Shown piece by piece: positions 9,808 to 19,402 of a DNA stretch of 64,000 nucleotides. The translations under genes and the position numbers were made by a program. Each line of letters opens with the position of its first letter. Within the stretch, counting starts at the first letter, position 1. The stretch covers positions 771,255 to 835,254 of the forward strand of contig CAVQTN010000004.1 of NCBI GenBank assembly GCA_963716585.1, in the 5' to 3' direction. The notes beneath the pieces are model-generated. The model ran no database searches. It saw only the letters and a list, made by a program, of their open reading frames with translations, and was not told where the DNA came from. This DNA comes from an uncultured Chloroflexia bacterium. Lineage in GTDB: Bacteria > Chloroflexota > Limnocylindria > QHBO01.

Positions 9808-10212
9808 ATGACGGATCCGGAAGATCGCGTGCGACCAGCGCCCCGGGAACGGTTCGCCGGCGGCGAGCACCTGTTCGACCTCGTGGCCGAAACCGAGAAG
9901 TTGCGGGCGGAGCCCGGCGGCTCCCGCAACGGCCATCGACAGATCACCCTGTTTCGTGGTGGTGGGGTATCCGTGGTGTTGTTCGATTTCGAGGCGGACG
10001 GCTGGTTGAAAGACCACGCCGCTGATGGCTACGTGAGCGTGATCGTCCTCGACGGCAAGCTGCAGATGAGCACAGCCGCGGGTGAGTACGCCATGCCGTC
10101 AGGCTCGCTGCTGGTATTGAGCCCGGGCGTTCGACACGACGTTCGTGCGCTGGCTCCCAGCCGGATGCTGCTCAGCGTACGCCTCGATCCCGCCGAGGAC
10201 GACAGGCTTTGA
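9808..10212 (+). CDS. Cupin domain protein
   Basis: Cupin_2-like beta-barrel motifs (ITLFRGGGVSVVLFDF...GSLLVLSPGVRHDV). Confidence 0.6.
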   Translation: MTDPEDRVRPAPRERFAGGEHLFDLVAETEKLRAEPGGSRNGHRQITLFRGGGVSVVLFDFEADGWLKDHAADGYVSVIVLDGKLQMSTAAGEYAMPSGSLLVLSPGVRHDVRALAPSRMLLSVRLDPAEDDRL

Positions 10213-10226
10213 GACAGCGATAGCGC

Positions 10227-10829
10227 ATGACACCACCGAGGCTGCATGACGTGGCAGTCGCCGTCGAGCGGCGGGACATCGACACCGTCGTGGTGCATGG
10301 GTCACTCGCCGGTCTCGCCGCGGGGTTGGCGCTTGGCGCGACGGCGGTCATCGGCAGTCTGGCGCTCAACGGATCGGCCTCGACGCCCTTCCGCTTCGCA
10401 TCGGCCTTCGTCGTGGGACCTGGCGCATTCGGGTCTGACTTTCCGCTGGCTGCCGCGGTCCTGCTGGGGACGGTCATCCACTTCACGCTGTCTGCCCTCT
10501 TCGGCGTGCTGTTCGTGGGTCTGCTTTCGCTGACCTACCAGCTCTCCGCGCGCCCGTTGCTGCTGATCATCTACGGCTCCCTGTTTGCCTTCGGCATCTG
10601 GGAGGTCGACTTCCTGGCGGCGGTCCCGACCTTCTTTCCCTTCCTTGCCGGAAGGCTTGACGTTGCCACGCAGCTGTGGACCGGGATCCTCGCCTATGTC
10701 CTGATCTACGGCCCGGCGCTTGGCCTGTACGTGGTCGTCTTTCGCCCGGGCGTCGTCGGCGACTGGCATGCGGTCGGTCCTCCGGCCGGCACATTCACGC
10801 CGCCGCCAGCCGATGGAGGAGACGACTAG
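10227..10829 (+). CDS. Hypothetical integral membrane protein
   Basis: About 5 hydrophobic helices. No recognisable family. Confidence 0.45.
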   Translation: MTPPRLHDVAVAVERRDIDTVVVHGSLAGLAAGLALGATAVIGSLALNGSASTPFRFASAFVVGPGAFGSDFPLAAAVLLGTVIHFTLSALFGVLFVGLLSLTYQLSARPLLLIIYGSLFAFGIWEVDFLAAVPTFFPFLAGRLDVATQLWTGILAYVLIYGPALGLYVVVFRPGVVGDWHAVGPPAGTFTPPPADGGDD

Positions 10830-12323
10830 ATGGATCCGGGCGTTCTCGGCTTTCCGCTGTGGGTGCGGCTGACGCACTTCTTCGACATCCTCTTCCTGTC
10901 ACTGCTCATCCGGTCCGGCATCGAGATCCTGGGCGCGCATCCGATGCTGTACTGGAACGACGACTGCCGGCCGGGATCGGAGTGGGTGCGCTTCACCCGC
11001 AAGCGCATGCCATCGGACGAACTGTGGACCGCCGAGGATGAGAAGCAGCCGTACAGCCCGGTGGTGGCGCTGCCCGGCCACGACAACCTGGGGCTGGGTC
11101 GCTACTGGCATTTCGCGGCGCTCGCCGGCTGGGTCATCACCGGGGTGTTCTACGTCATCCTGCTGTTCGCCAGTCCGCAGTGGCGCCGGCTGGTGCCCAC
11201 CTCTTTGGATATCTTTCCCCAGGCCGCACAGGCGGCCTTCGGCTACCTGCAGCTCCAGCCGCCGCCGGCGGGCAACCCGTACAACGCCCTACAGCAGCTG
11301 ACCTATTTCGGCCTCATCTTCGGGCTGGCGCCGCTGCAAATCGCAACGGGGCTGTGCATGTCGCCGGCGGTCGCCGGTCGCTTCCCGTGGTTCCCCCGTC
11401 TGTTCGGTGGCCGGCAGGCCGCACGCAGCATCCACTTCCTGGGAATGGTCGCCTTCGTGGCCTTCGTGGTTCACCACACCGCGCTCGTCTTCGCGCACGG
11501 CATCCTGCTCGGCCTGGGCGAGATGGTGCTGGGCCTGACCCGGCAGCCGACATCCGCGGAAGCGGCGCTGGCGGTGGCCATCTCGATCCTGGCGCTGGGG
11601 TTCGTGGCCGCCGTACATGTCTGGGCGACACACGGTTCGCTCGTCAACCCGCGTCGCATGCAGAACCTGCTGCAGCGCCTCGTCGACCCGCTCCAGCGCC
11701 TGACCTTGCAACCGCTCGTCTCGCGGCAGGCCTACCCGCCGGCGATGATCACGCAGGCGCCGCGGCCGAACGGCCGGGCGCCCCACGATCAGGAGTGGCA
11801 ACGGCTCGCCGCTCGGGACTTCGGCGAGTTCGCGTTCGAGGTCTCAGGCCTCGTGGAAGTGCCGTTCAGCCTGACCCTCGATGAGCTGCGCGCCCTCGCA
11901 CCAACCAGCCAGGTGACCAGGCACGTCTGCATCCAGGGTTGGACCCAGGTGGTGAATTGGGGCGGTGTACCGCTCAGCGCGCTGCTCGAGCGAGCCCGGC
12001 CGCTGCGCGAGGCGCGCTACATGCTCTTCCGCACCTTCGACGACAAGTGGGAGCACGATGGTGAGCACGACTACTTCTACGGCACCATCGACCTTGACCT
12101 CGCCGCGCATCCGCAGTCGATCCTGGCGTACGACATGAATGGGGAGCGACTGCCGGCCGCGTTCGGCGCCCCACTCCGGCTGCGGCTCGAGAATCAGCTC
12201 GGTTACAAGATGGTCAAGTGGATCCGCTCGGTCGAGCTCATCGCCGACTATCGGACCATCGGCCAAGGGAAGGGTGGCTGGCGAGAGGACGTGCTCAATT
12301 ACAGCCAGATCGCGCCGATCTAG
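10830..12323 (+). CDS. Fused cytochrome b561-type membrane domain / sulfite-oxidase-family molybdopterin oxidoreductase
   Basis: N-terminal 4-TM b-type cytochrome with 4 conserved His. C-terminal Oxidored_molyb-like domain (HVCIQGWTQVVNWGGVPLSALL...LRLRLENQLGYKMVKWI). Confidence 0.7.
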   Translation: MDPGVLGFPLWVRLTHFFDILFLSLLIRSGIEILGAHPMLYWNDDCRPGSEWVRFTRKRMPSDELWTAEDEKQPYSPVVALPGHDNLGLGRYWHFAALAGWVITGVFYVILLFASPQWRRLVPTSLDIFPQAAQAAFGYLQLQPPPAGNPYNALQQLTYFGLIFGLAPLQIATGLCMSPAVAGRFPWFPRLFGGRQAARSIHFLGMVAFVAFVVHHTALVFAHGILLGLGEMVLGLTRQPTSAEAALAVAISILALGFVAAVHVWATHGSLVNPRRMQNLLQRLVDPLQRLTLQPLVSRQAYPPAMITQAPRPNGRAPHDQEWQRLAARDFGEFAFEVSGLVEVPFSLTLDELRALAPTSQVTRHVCIQGWTQVVNWGGVPLSALLERARPLREARYMLFRTFDDKWEHDGEHDYFYGTIDLDLAAHPQSILAYDMNGERLPAAFGAPLRLRLENQLGYKMVKWIRSVELIADYRTIGQGKGGWREDVLNYSQIAPI

Positions 12324-12339
12324 GCATGGAGAGGTGGAA

Positions 12340-12552
12340 GTGACACCCAAATTCAAGGTTGGCGATCACGTGGGCTGGAATTCCGAGGCCGGCCGCGTTT
12401 CCGGCCACATTGTTCGTGTGGTGACCGCCGAGATCGAGTTCAAGGGGTACACCGTTCACGCATCGCAGGAGGAACCCCAATACCAGATCGAGAGTGACAG
12501 GACCGATCACATCGCGATGCACAAGGGTTCGGCCCTCACCAAGCTGGACTGA
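12340..12552 (+). CDS. DUF2945 (HVA1-like) small protein
   Basis: KFKVGDHVGWNSEAGRVSGHIV... signature. GTG start with GGAGAGGTGG RBS. Confidence 0.6.
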   Translation: MTPKFKVGDHVGWNSEAGRVSGHIVRVVTAEIEFKGYTVHASQEEPQYQIESDRTDHIAMHKGSALTKLD

Positions 12553-12567
12553 CGGATCGCCGACAGC

Positions 12568-13756
12568 ATGGGTGCGACCCACTCGGGGCGATCGATGGAG
12601 CAGAGGAGGAGCCAATTGGGCGAAGTTCATCAGGAAGATTGGGATCCGCGCGATGCATCGGTCCTGGCAGACCAGCGGGCTGCGTATGACCGCATGCGCG
12701 AGCGGTGTCCGGTAGCGCACAGCGAATTCATGAGCTGGTCGCTCTTCCGTCACGAGGATATCGAGAACGTCCTGGCAGATCCAGCGACGTACAGCAGCGC
12801 CTCGCGCCATGTCGCCGTGCCGAATGGGATGGATCCGCCTGAACACACTCGCCACCGTGCCGCACTCGCCCCGCAGTTCGACGACGAGCATATGCAGCGG
12901 CTGGAGCCTCGTTGCCGGGAGATCGCCGTTGAGCTCATCGAGCGGATGCTCGTGGGTGGCGAGGCGGACGTGGTGGATGCCTTCGCCGAGCCGCTGACGC
13001 TTCGTACGCTGTGTGTCTTCCTCGGTTGGCCGGAACAACAGTGGGACTTCCTGGGAGGTTGGACGCACGGGAATCAGGAGGCCGCGTTCACGCGGGACCC
13101 GTCCGCGGGACGCGCACTTGCCCGGCTGCTCGGCGAGCACGTTCGCGGGAACCTGGAGTCGCATCGGCGCGGCCCGGGCGGCGCCATCGACGTGACGCAT
13201 GCACTGTTGACCACCGATGTCGATGGCGAGCGCTACGAGGACGATGCCATTGTCGAGCATCGTGCGCAACTGGATCGCCGGTGAAGGAACGGTGGCTGGC
13301 GGCCTGAGCCTGCTGGTCCTGTACCTCGCCAACGATGCGGACCTCCAGGATCGGCTGCGCAAGGATCCGACGCTCATTCCGGCGGCCGTCGAGGAGATCC
13401 TGCGCGTCGACGATCCGCTGGTCGCCAATCGCCGCACGACCACCAAGGACGTTGAGATCGGCGGCCGGACCATCTCGGCAGGCGAGAACCTGACGTTGAT
13501 GTGGATCGCCGCCAATCGCGACCCACGAGCGTTCGATGACCCCGAGAGGGTCCGGCTTGACCGCGACATGGGCGGCAGCATGGTCTGGGGGCATGGCATC
13601 CACATCTGTCTCGGCGCGCCGTTGGCTCGCCTCCAGCTACGCGTTGCCCTGGAGGAGCTGCTCGGCCGAACGTCGCGGTTCGAGGTCTCGGGCGGCGTGC
13701 GGCGCTCCGTGTATCCCAGCGACGGACTTGCCGAGTTCAGCCTCCGCCTCGGCTGA
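12568..13756 (+). pseudogene. Cytochrome P450, disrupted by a 1-nt frameshift near 13258-13266
   Basis: N-part 12568-13284 and C-part 13217-13756 lie in different frames. C-part has I-helix AGEGT and the heme loop FGHGIHICLGAPLARLQL. Combined length about 396 aa. Confidence 0.7.
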
Positions 13757-14264
13757 CCGATCGGCGGCCGTTGTCGTCCGCACGATCGGCCACGGCACGC
13801 GCACGACCGATGAGCTCGCCGCGCTGCTGCGGTTGGCGGGCGTGACGACGTTGATCGACGTGCGCCGCTATCCGCTGGGGCGACGGCAACCGCACCTGTC
13901 GCGCGAGGCGCTGGCTGAGGAGCTGCCCAGGTTGGGCATCGGCTACGAATGGTGGGGCGAGGCACTTGGCGGCCGGCGTCCCGCGTCGCCCGGCGCCGGC
14001 GCCCGCACCGGCTGGCGCAACTCCGCGTTCGCGGGCTATGCCGAGTACATGGCGACGAGCGACTTCCGCACGGCCCTGGCGGCGCTCGAGAAGCGAGCAC
14101 GCGGCGGCGAGGCGCTGGCGATCATGTGCGCGGAGACGGTCTGGTGGCGGTGCCATCGGCGCCTGATCGCCGACGCGCTGGTGCGTGATGGCCTGCAGGT
14201 CGAGCATCTCTTGGATCGTGTCCCCGGGCGACAGCATGTCGCCAGCGGACTGAAACGAGGGTGA
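13727..14264 (+). CDS. DUF488 family protein
   Basis: VRTIGHGTRTTDEL...LIDVRRYP...AIMCAETVWWRCHRRLIADAL matches DUF488. Start (TTG 13727) uncertain. Confidence 0.55.
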
Positions 14265-14463
14265 GGGCGCGACTGTCGTGCAGTTGAGTTCCCCGCTGAC
14301 TGAAATCGACCCGTTCAAGGGTGACCGACCGTCAAAGCCGTCGATCTGAGTCACCTGGTGCATAAACAGCAGCTGAGCCTCGGCCACTCACTCGTTTCAG
14401 TCATCACGCGACTCAGCCATCACGACCGAAGCTTTCCTTGGCCGGGCGCCGCTGCCAGCCGAT

Positions 14464-15729
14464 CTAACCGCCGGCCAGGAGCGCACGCATGAGCAGGAAC
14501 AGCGCCGCCAATGCCGCGGCCGCAAAGAGCAGCACCCCCAGCGCGATCAGCGGCGGTACCGCCAGGCCGAAGCCGACCCACAAGACCACGAGACCCACGT
14601 TCCACGCCACTACCCGCAGCAGGCCGAACCGGGACAGCAGGTCCCGCTGCCTGGCCTTGACCGCCATGTCACCGGGCCCAACCGCAGGCAGCAGGTGCGT
14701 CCAGGCGGCAACCAGGATCTGCAGCGCCCAGCCGCCGACCACCGGCACGGCCAGCGCGCCGATGCTCCAGCCCGGGACCGCCACGCCGTCGCGCAGCAGG
14801 CCGACGAGGGCCGTGCCCAGGGCGAGCACCAGCCAGGCCATCCCAGCCAGGCCCGTGCGTGCCGTGAAGGCGTGCCAGGCCAGGTCGTTGGCGAAGGTCC
14901 CGCGACGGCTGCGGATCTCGATGCCGTAGCCCAGCAGGCCGATCGCGCCGAGCAGCGCCACCACGCCGCCCATCACGGCCAGCGGCGACGCATCGAGCGC
15001 CGAGCCGAGCGCGACGATCGGCGGGCCGATCGTCAACCCGAGTACGGCCAGCGCCATGGTCGGGTGGGGCCGAATGCGCGTGCCGAGCATGGTTGGATAG
15101 AGATAGATCAGCGTCCCGGCAATCGTCAGCGAGACGAAGCCGAAGACGTTCAGCCAGGCGTGTGCCGGCTTGAGGGCCACCCAGTGCGCGGTGATCGGCT
15201 CGAGGCCCAGCAGGAACCCGATGGCCAGCGAGGCGCCGACGGTCAGGTCGGCGAGCGCGACGCCGTAGGTGAGCTGCACGATCGGATGGCGGCGGACCAT
15301 GCCGGCGCGCATGGGCGCATACGTGTTCCAGGCGGTCACTGCCAACCCGCCGAGCACCAGCACCCCGCTCCCCGCAGCCAGCTGATCGCCGGCCAGCGGC
15401 CGGCCGAGGGCCACGCCGAGCATGCCCGCCGCCAGCAGCAGCACCCCCGCCAGGCGCAGCCGCGGCGACATCGGCCGCGTGCCGGCAAGGGTCACGCCGA
15501 AGTGCGGCATGAAGGTGCCGATCGCGACGGTCGTGGCTCCGGCAAGGGACAGGTGCAGTGCCGTCCAGCCGTGCAGCCCGGCGAGCGGCAGGAGGCCGGT
15601 CACGATCGACAGCAGCAGAAAGCTCGCCGCCAGTGCGACACCGAGCTGCAGGACCACGCGTTCGGTCAGGCGTGAGGATGCCGGAGCGACGGGCTGTCGC
15701 TCCGGCATCGGCCCGATGGCCAGGCCCAT
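14464..15729 (-). CDS. Polytopic membrane protein downstream of nirK (possibly NnrS-like)
   Basis: About 12 TM helices with conserved His. Start ATG 5 nt after the nirK stop (coupled). Confidence 0.4.
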   Translation of the reverse strand: MGLAIGPMPERQPVAPASSRLTERVVLQLGVALAASFLLLSIVTGLLPLAGLHGWTALHLSLAGATTVAIGTFMPHFGVTLAGTRPMSPRLRLAGVLLLAAGMLGVALGRPLAGDQLAAGSGVLVLGGLAVTAWNTYAPMRAGMVRRHPIVQLTYGVALADLTVGASLAIGFLLGLEPITAHWVALKPAHAWLNVFGFVSLTIAGTLIYLYPTMLGTRIRPHPTMALAVLGLTIGPPIVALGSALDASPLAVMGGVVALLGAIGLLGYGIEIRSRRGTFANDLAWHAFTARTGLAGMAWLVLALGTALVGLLRDGVAVPGWSIGALAVPVVGGWALQILVAAWTHLLPAVGPGDMAVKARQRDLLSRFGLLRVVAWNVGLVVLWVGFGLAVPPLIALGVLLFAAAALAALFLLMRALLAGG

Positions 15730-15733
15730 CGGA

Positions 15734-17086
15734 TCAATTGAGCGGATCGCCGTCACCCGCCTGGAACAGGCCGAGCGCCCCGTGTCCAACGTAGTTGAAG
15801 GCGTGGGTCAGGACGGGATACAGCCCGTCCTCCGCCAGGCGGAACTCGACGATCGCGCCCTGGGCCGGCGACAGGTCGACGGCCTGCGCGCCCCAGTTGC
15901 CCTGGTTGCCGCGCTGCAGATGGACCCCCTCCTTGATGACATCCTCGAAGATGGTGCCCACGATGTGGAAGCTGCTGTCGATGTTCGGGCCGGCATCCAG
16001 GACAAAGACCCGCACGGTCTCGCCGGTCGGCACCTTGATGGGATTGTCCTTGTACTGGTTGGCGATGCCGTTGAAGACCACGAAGTCCGGCGCTGGTACC
16101 GACGCACCGGCCTTGGCCAGGTCACCGGTCTGTCCCTGCGCCCCCAGGTACCACTCGTTCTGCACCAGGAAGAACTCGTGGTCGACCTTCGGCAAACCCT
16201 CCTTCGGCTCGACGATGATCATGCCGTACATGCCGTTCAGCATGTGGCTGAGGGCTCCCGCCGTGCCGCAGTGGTACATGAACACTCCGGCGTAGTTGGC
16301 CTTGAACTCGTAGAGCTTCTCCTCGCCGGGGTTGATGTCGGTCATCTCGTCGTTCCAGGCGACCATCGACGCATGGAAGTCGACCGAGTGAGGCATGAGG
16401 TTCGTCTTCGGGTTCTTGAGATGCACCCGCAGCGTGTCACCGACCTTGACGCGCAGCACCGGGCCCGGGACGGTCGCCGTCTCGGGTGTCAATCCGAAGG
16501 CGTACACCTCCTGGACGAAGCCATCGGCCACGGTCATCGGCTGCTCGATGACGAACAGGTCGATGTCGTGGTCCGTTCCCTTGAGCGCGGCCGGGGCGGT
16601 GGCGTCGCGCGGCGTATACGCCGGCGCGTTGGGATCCTTGGCGACCGCCCCGGCCGGCGCCGGCTGTGCGCCGGGCGAGGCCGCGCCCGAGGATGTGGCC
16701 TGCCCGCTGACCATGATCATGCCCTTCATGCCGGCATCTGCGTGCCCGGGGATCGAGCAGATGAAATCAATCCCGGCGGCCGGCACGTTCACGTCGACCG
16801 TGGCGGTCTTGCCGGGCGCAGCCGCCGCGGACGTGCCGTCCGGGAAGGTGATGTCGTGCGCGGTCTTGCCGTCATTCACCAGCTTGATGGTGTAGCGACC
16901 AGCCTTGGCGACCTCGGGCATGCTGTGGTCGAACTTCAGCTCGGTCGCGTGGATTTCTATGACGCCGAGCGGTGCCGTCTTGGCCGCCTCGGCGCGCGGC
17001 GGCGTACCGGAGACCTGCGCGTAGATGAGCGTCAGCAGCGCCATGCTGACGAAGGCGGCAATCGAGATGAAGATCCTGGTCATCAT
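15734..17086 (-). CDS. nirK: Copper-containing nitrite reductase NirK with N-terminal cupredoxin extension (three-domain type)
   Basis: N-terminal signal/anchor, extra type-1 Cu domain (HDITF...CSIPGHADAGMKGMIMV), then NirK core with T1/T2 ligands (HSVDFH, YHCGTAGALSHMLNGMYG). Confidence 0.85.
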   Translation of the reverse strand: MMTRIFISIAAFVSMALLTLIYAQVSGTPPRAEAAKTAPLGVIEIHATELKFDHSMPEVAKAGRYTIKLVNDGKTAHDITFPDGTSAAAAPGKTATVDVNVPAAGIDFICSIPGHADAGMKGMIMVSGQATSSGAASPGAQPAPAGAVAKDPNAPAYTPRDATAPAALKGTDHDIDLFVIEQPMTVADGFVQEVYAFGLTPETATVPGPVLRVKVGDTLRVHLKNPKTNLMPHSVDFHASMVAWNDEMTDINPGEEKLYEFKANYAGVFMYHCGTAGALSHMLNGMYGMIIVEPKEGLPKVDHEFFLVQNEWYLGAQGQTGDLAKAGASVPAPDFVVFNGIANQYKDNPIKVPTGETVRVFVLDAGPNIDSSFHIVGTIFEDVIKEGVHLQRGNQGNWGAQAVDLSPAQGAIVEFRLAEDGLYPVLTHAFNYVGHGALGLFQAGDGDPLN

Positions 17087-17234
17087 TTCCTATTGGCGTG
17101 CGGACTGTCTCGCGACAGACCCGTTTCGACGATCCCATTGGGCCAGACCAATCGCTCCGGGGCACGTGCCGTTCGGCCCCCGCTTTGCACGCCGGATGTC
17201 CCTTTTGCCTCGGCGTTGCGGGTAGCCTTGGCGT

Positions 17235-18731
17235 GTGCCTGATCGCGTCGCGCTGCCGCTCGCGCACCTCCTGGAGGCCCTGAGCGCCTGGCAGGGTGGC
17301 CGGACGGCGGCCGACGAACGGCGGCTTGCCGCGGCGCTGGGTGAGGTGGTCAGCCAGCTCGGCTTCCGTGGAGCCGTCCTCGCCATCGACGCGCCGCCGC
17401 TCCCCGGAGTCGAAGTTTCGTGGGGCAGCCTGCGCGGTGAGTCCGCGGCGCAGGGCCGCGCGGTCGGCCCCGGGGCACACGGCCTCGGCCGGCTGCGCCT
17501 GGACCCGCCCGACGTGCGCGACGCGTCGCTGGCCACGCATGCCGTCGGCCTGGCACTGGCCGCGGTCCACGGCGAGGCACGGGCCATTCGTGCCGAAGGC
17601 AACCTCGCCGCCCTCGAGGTCGCCATCCGCGGCGTGGCCGAGGTGCTGGCGGTTGACCGCGTGCTACAGGTCATCGTCGACCGCGTGCGCGACCTGGCGG
17701 ATGCCCGCTACGCGGCGCTGGGCATCGTCGACGACCATGGCGTGATCGAGCAGTTCGTGACGAGCGGCATGACCAGCGCGCAGCGCAGGCGCATCGGCGC
17801 ACTGCCCCGGGGGCACGGGCTGCTCGGCCTCATCATCCGCGAGAATCGGGCCTTCCGCATCCCCGACATCGCCACAGATGCGCGGCGCCACGGCTTCCCG
17901 CCCCACCATCCGCCGATGCATTCGTTCCTCGGCGTGCCGATCACGGTCAAGGGCCGCTCCATCGGGCGCCTGTATCTCACCGACAAGCGGGGCGCACCCG
18001 AGTTCAGCGACGACGATCAGAGGCTGGTCGAGCGGTTCGCCCTCCACGCCGGCATCGCCATGGAAAACGCCCGACTCCATGACCGCGTGCGACGGCTGGG
18101 GATCGTCGGCGAGCGCGAGCGCATCAGCCGCGACCTGCATGACACGATCATCCAGCGCATCTACGGCGTGGCCCTGTCGCTCGACGACGTGCCCGAGCTG
18201 ATTCGCGAAGATGCGGACGAGGCCGCCGAGCGGGTCGAACGGGCCATCGAAACGCTGCACGCCACCACCAGGGAGATCCGCGGCTTCATCTTTGGGCTGC
18301 GACCGGTGCTCCTCGAGGAGGGCGGCCTGTTGCTGGCCCTCGAGATGCTCGCCGACGAGGTGCGCCTGAATTCGGCGATCGACGTCGAGGTGCGTGGCAG
18401 CGAACCGGCGCAGCTGCCCGTCGATCTCTCCGGTGAGCTGCTGAGCATTGTCCGCGAGACCCTCAGCAACGTCGCTCGCCATGCGGGCGCCACGCGGGCC
18501 CTCATCGAGGTGACGGCCGAGGCTGGCTCGCTCCGCCTGGAGATCAGCGACGACGGACGCGGGTTTGACCCTGCTGCGCCCCTCGGCAGCAGCCACCATG
18601 GGCTGCGCAATATCGCCGACCGCGCAGCCCGTATCGGCGGCACGCTGCAGATCGAGAGTCAACCCGGTACGGGCACACGTATCATCGTCGGCACCCCGTA
18701 TCGGTCCGAGCCAGGAGCGGAAACGGCATGA
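17235..18731 (+). CDS. GAF-domain sensor histidine kinase, HisKA_3/NarL-type (DosS/DevS-like)
   Basis: GAF region, H-box ERERISRDLHDTIIQRIYG, HATPase_c (ETLSNVARHAGAT...DDGRGF). GTG start. Stop overlaps the regulator start. Confidence 0.75.
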   Translation: MPDRVALPLAHLLEALSAWQGGRTAADERRLAAALGEVVSQLGFRGAVLAIDAPPLPGVEVSWGSLRGESAAQGRAVGPGAHGLGRLRLDPPDVRDASLATHAVGLALAAVHGEARAIRAEGNLAALEVAIRGVAEVLAVDRVLQVIVDRVRDLADARYAALGIVDDHGVIEQFVTSGMTSAQRRRIGALPRGHGLLGLIIRENRAFRIPDIATDARRHGFPPHHPPMHSFLGVPITVKGRSIGRLYLTDKRGAPEFSDDDQRLVERFALHAGIAMENARLHDRVRRLGIVGERERISRDLHDTIIQRIYGVALSLDDVPELIREDADEAAERVERAIETLHATTREIRGFIFGLRPVLLEEGGLLLALEMLADEVRLNSAIDVEVRGSEPAQLPVDLSGELLSIVRETLSNVARHAGATRALIEVTAEAGSLRLEISDDGRGFDPAAPLGSSHHGLRNIADRAARIGGTLQIESQPGTGTRIIVGTPYRSEPGAETA

Positions 18732-19402
18732 CGGCACAACCCCCCGACGCGACTCGTCCGCTGCGACTGCTGGTCGTCGACGATCACGAGATCGTGCGCC
18801 AGGGCCTGGTCGCCCTCCTCGACCGACGCCCCGAGTTCAGCGTCGTCGCCCAGGCGGGCACGATGGCGGAGGCAGTCGGTGCGGCCCAACGCTTTCGCCC
18901 CGACCTGGTGGTCATGGACGTGCGGCTGCCGGACGGCTCGGGAATCGAGGCCTGCCGTGACATCCGCGCCGAGATGCCGGAGACGCGCGTGGTGATGCTG
19001 ACCTCGTACCCGGACGAGGAGGCCGTGCTGTCCGCGATCATCGCCGGCGCCAGCGGCTACCTGCTCAAGCAGGTCCGCGGCCGCGATCTGGTCGCGGCGC
19101 TCGAGGCCGTCGGTCGCGGCGACTCGCTGCTCGATCCGGCGGTCACCGAGCGCGTGCTGGAGCGAGTGCGCCGCGCCGCAACGGGCGGCAATCATGACGA
19201 GCTGGCTGCGCTCACCGCACAGGAACGCAAGATCCTGCTGCTGGTCGCGGAGGGCAAGACCAACAAGGAGATTGCGGCCGACGTGTTCCTCTCGGACAAG
19301 ACGGTGAAGAACTACGTCAGCAGCATCCTCGCCAAGCTCGACCTGCAGCGCCGCGCGCAGGCCGCCGCCTTCGTGGCCAAGCACGGCCTGGATCGCGGCT
19401 AG
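18728..19402 (+). CDS. NarL/LuxR-family response regulator, DosR/DevR-like
   Basis: LRLLVVDDHEIVRQGL...DLVVMDVRLPDGSGIEACRDIR...LTSY...LTAQERKILLLVAEGKTNKEIAADVFLSDKTVKNYVSSILAKL. Close match to mycobacterial DosR. Confidence 0.75.
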   Translation: MTAQPPDATRPLRLLVVDDHEIVRQGLVALLDRRPEFSVVAQAGTMAEAVGAAQRFRPDLVVMDVRLPDGSGIEACRDIRAEMPETRVVMLTSYPDEEAVLSAIIAGASGYLLKQVRGRDLVAALEAVGRGDSLLDPAVTERVLERVRRAATGGNHDELAALTAQERKILLLVAEGKTNKEIAADVFLSDKTVKNYVSSILAKLDLQRRAQAAAFVAKHGLDRG

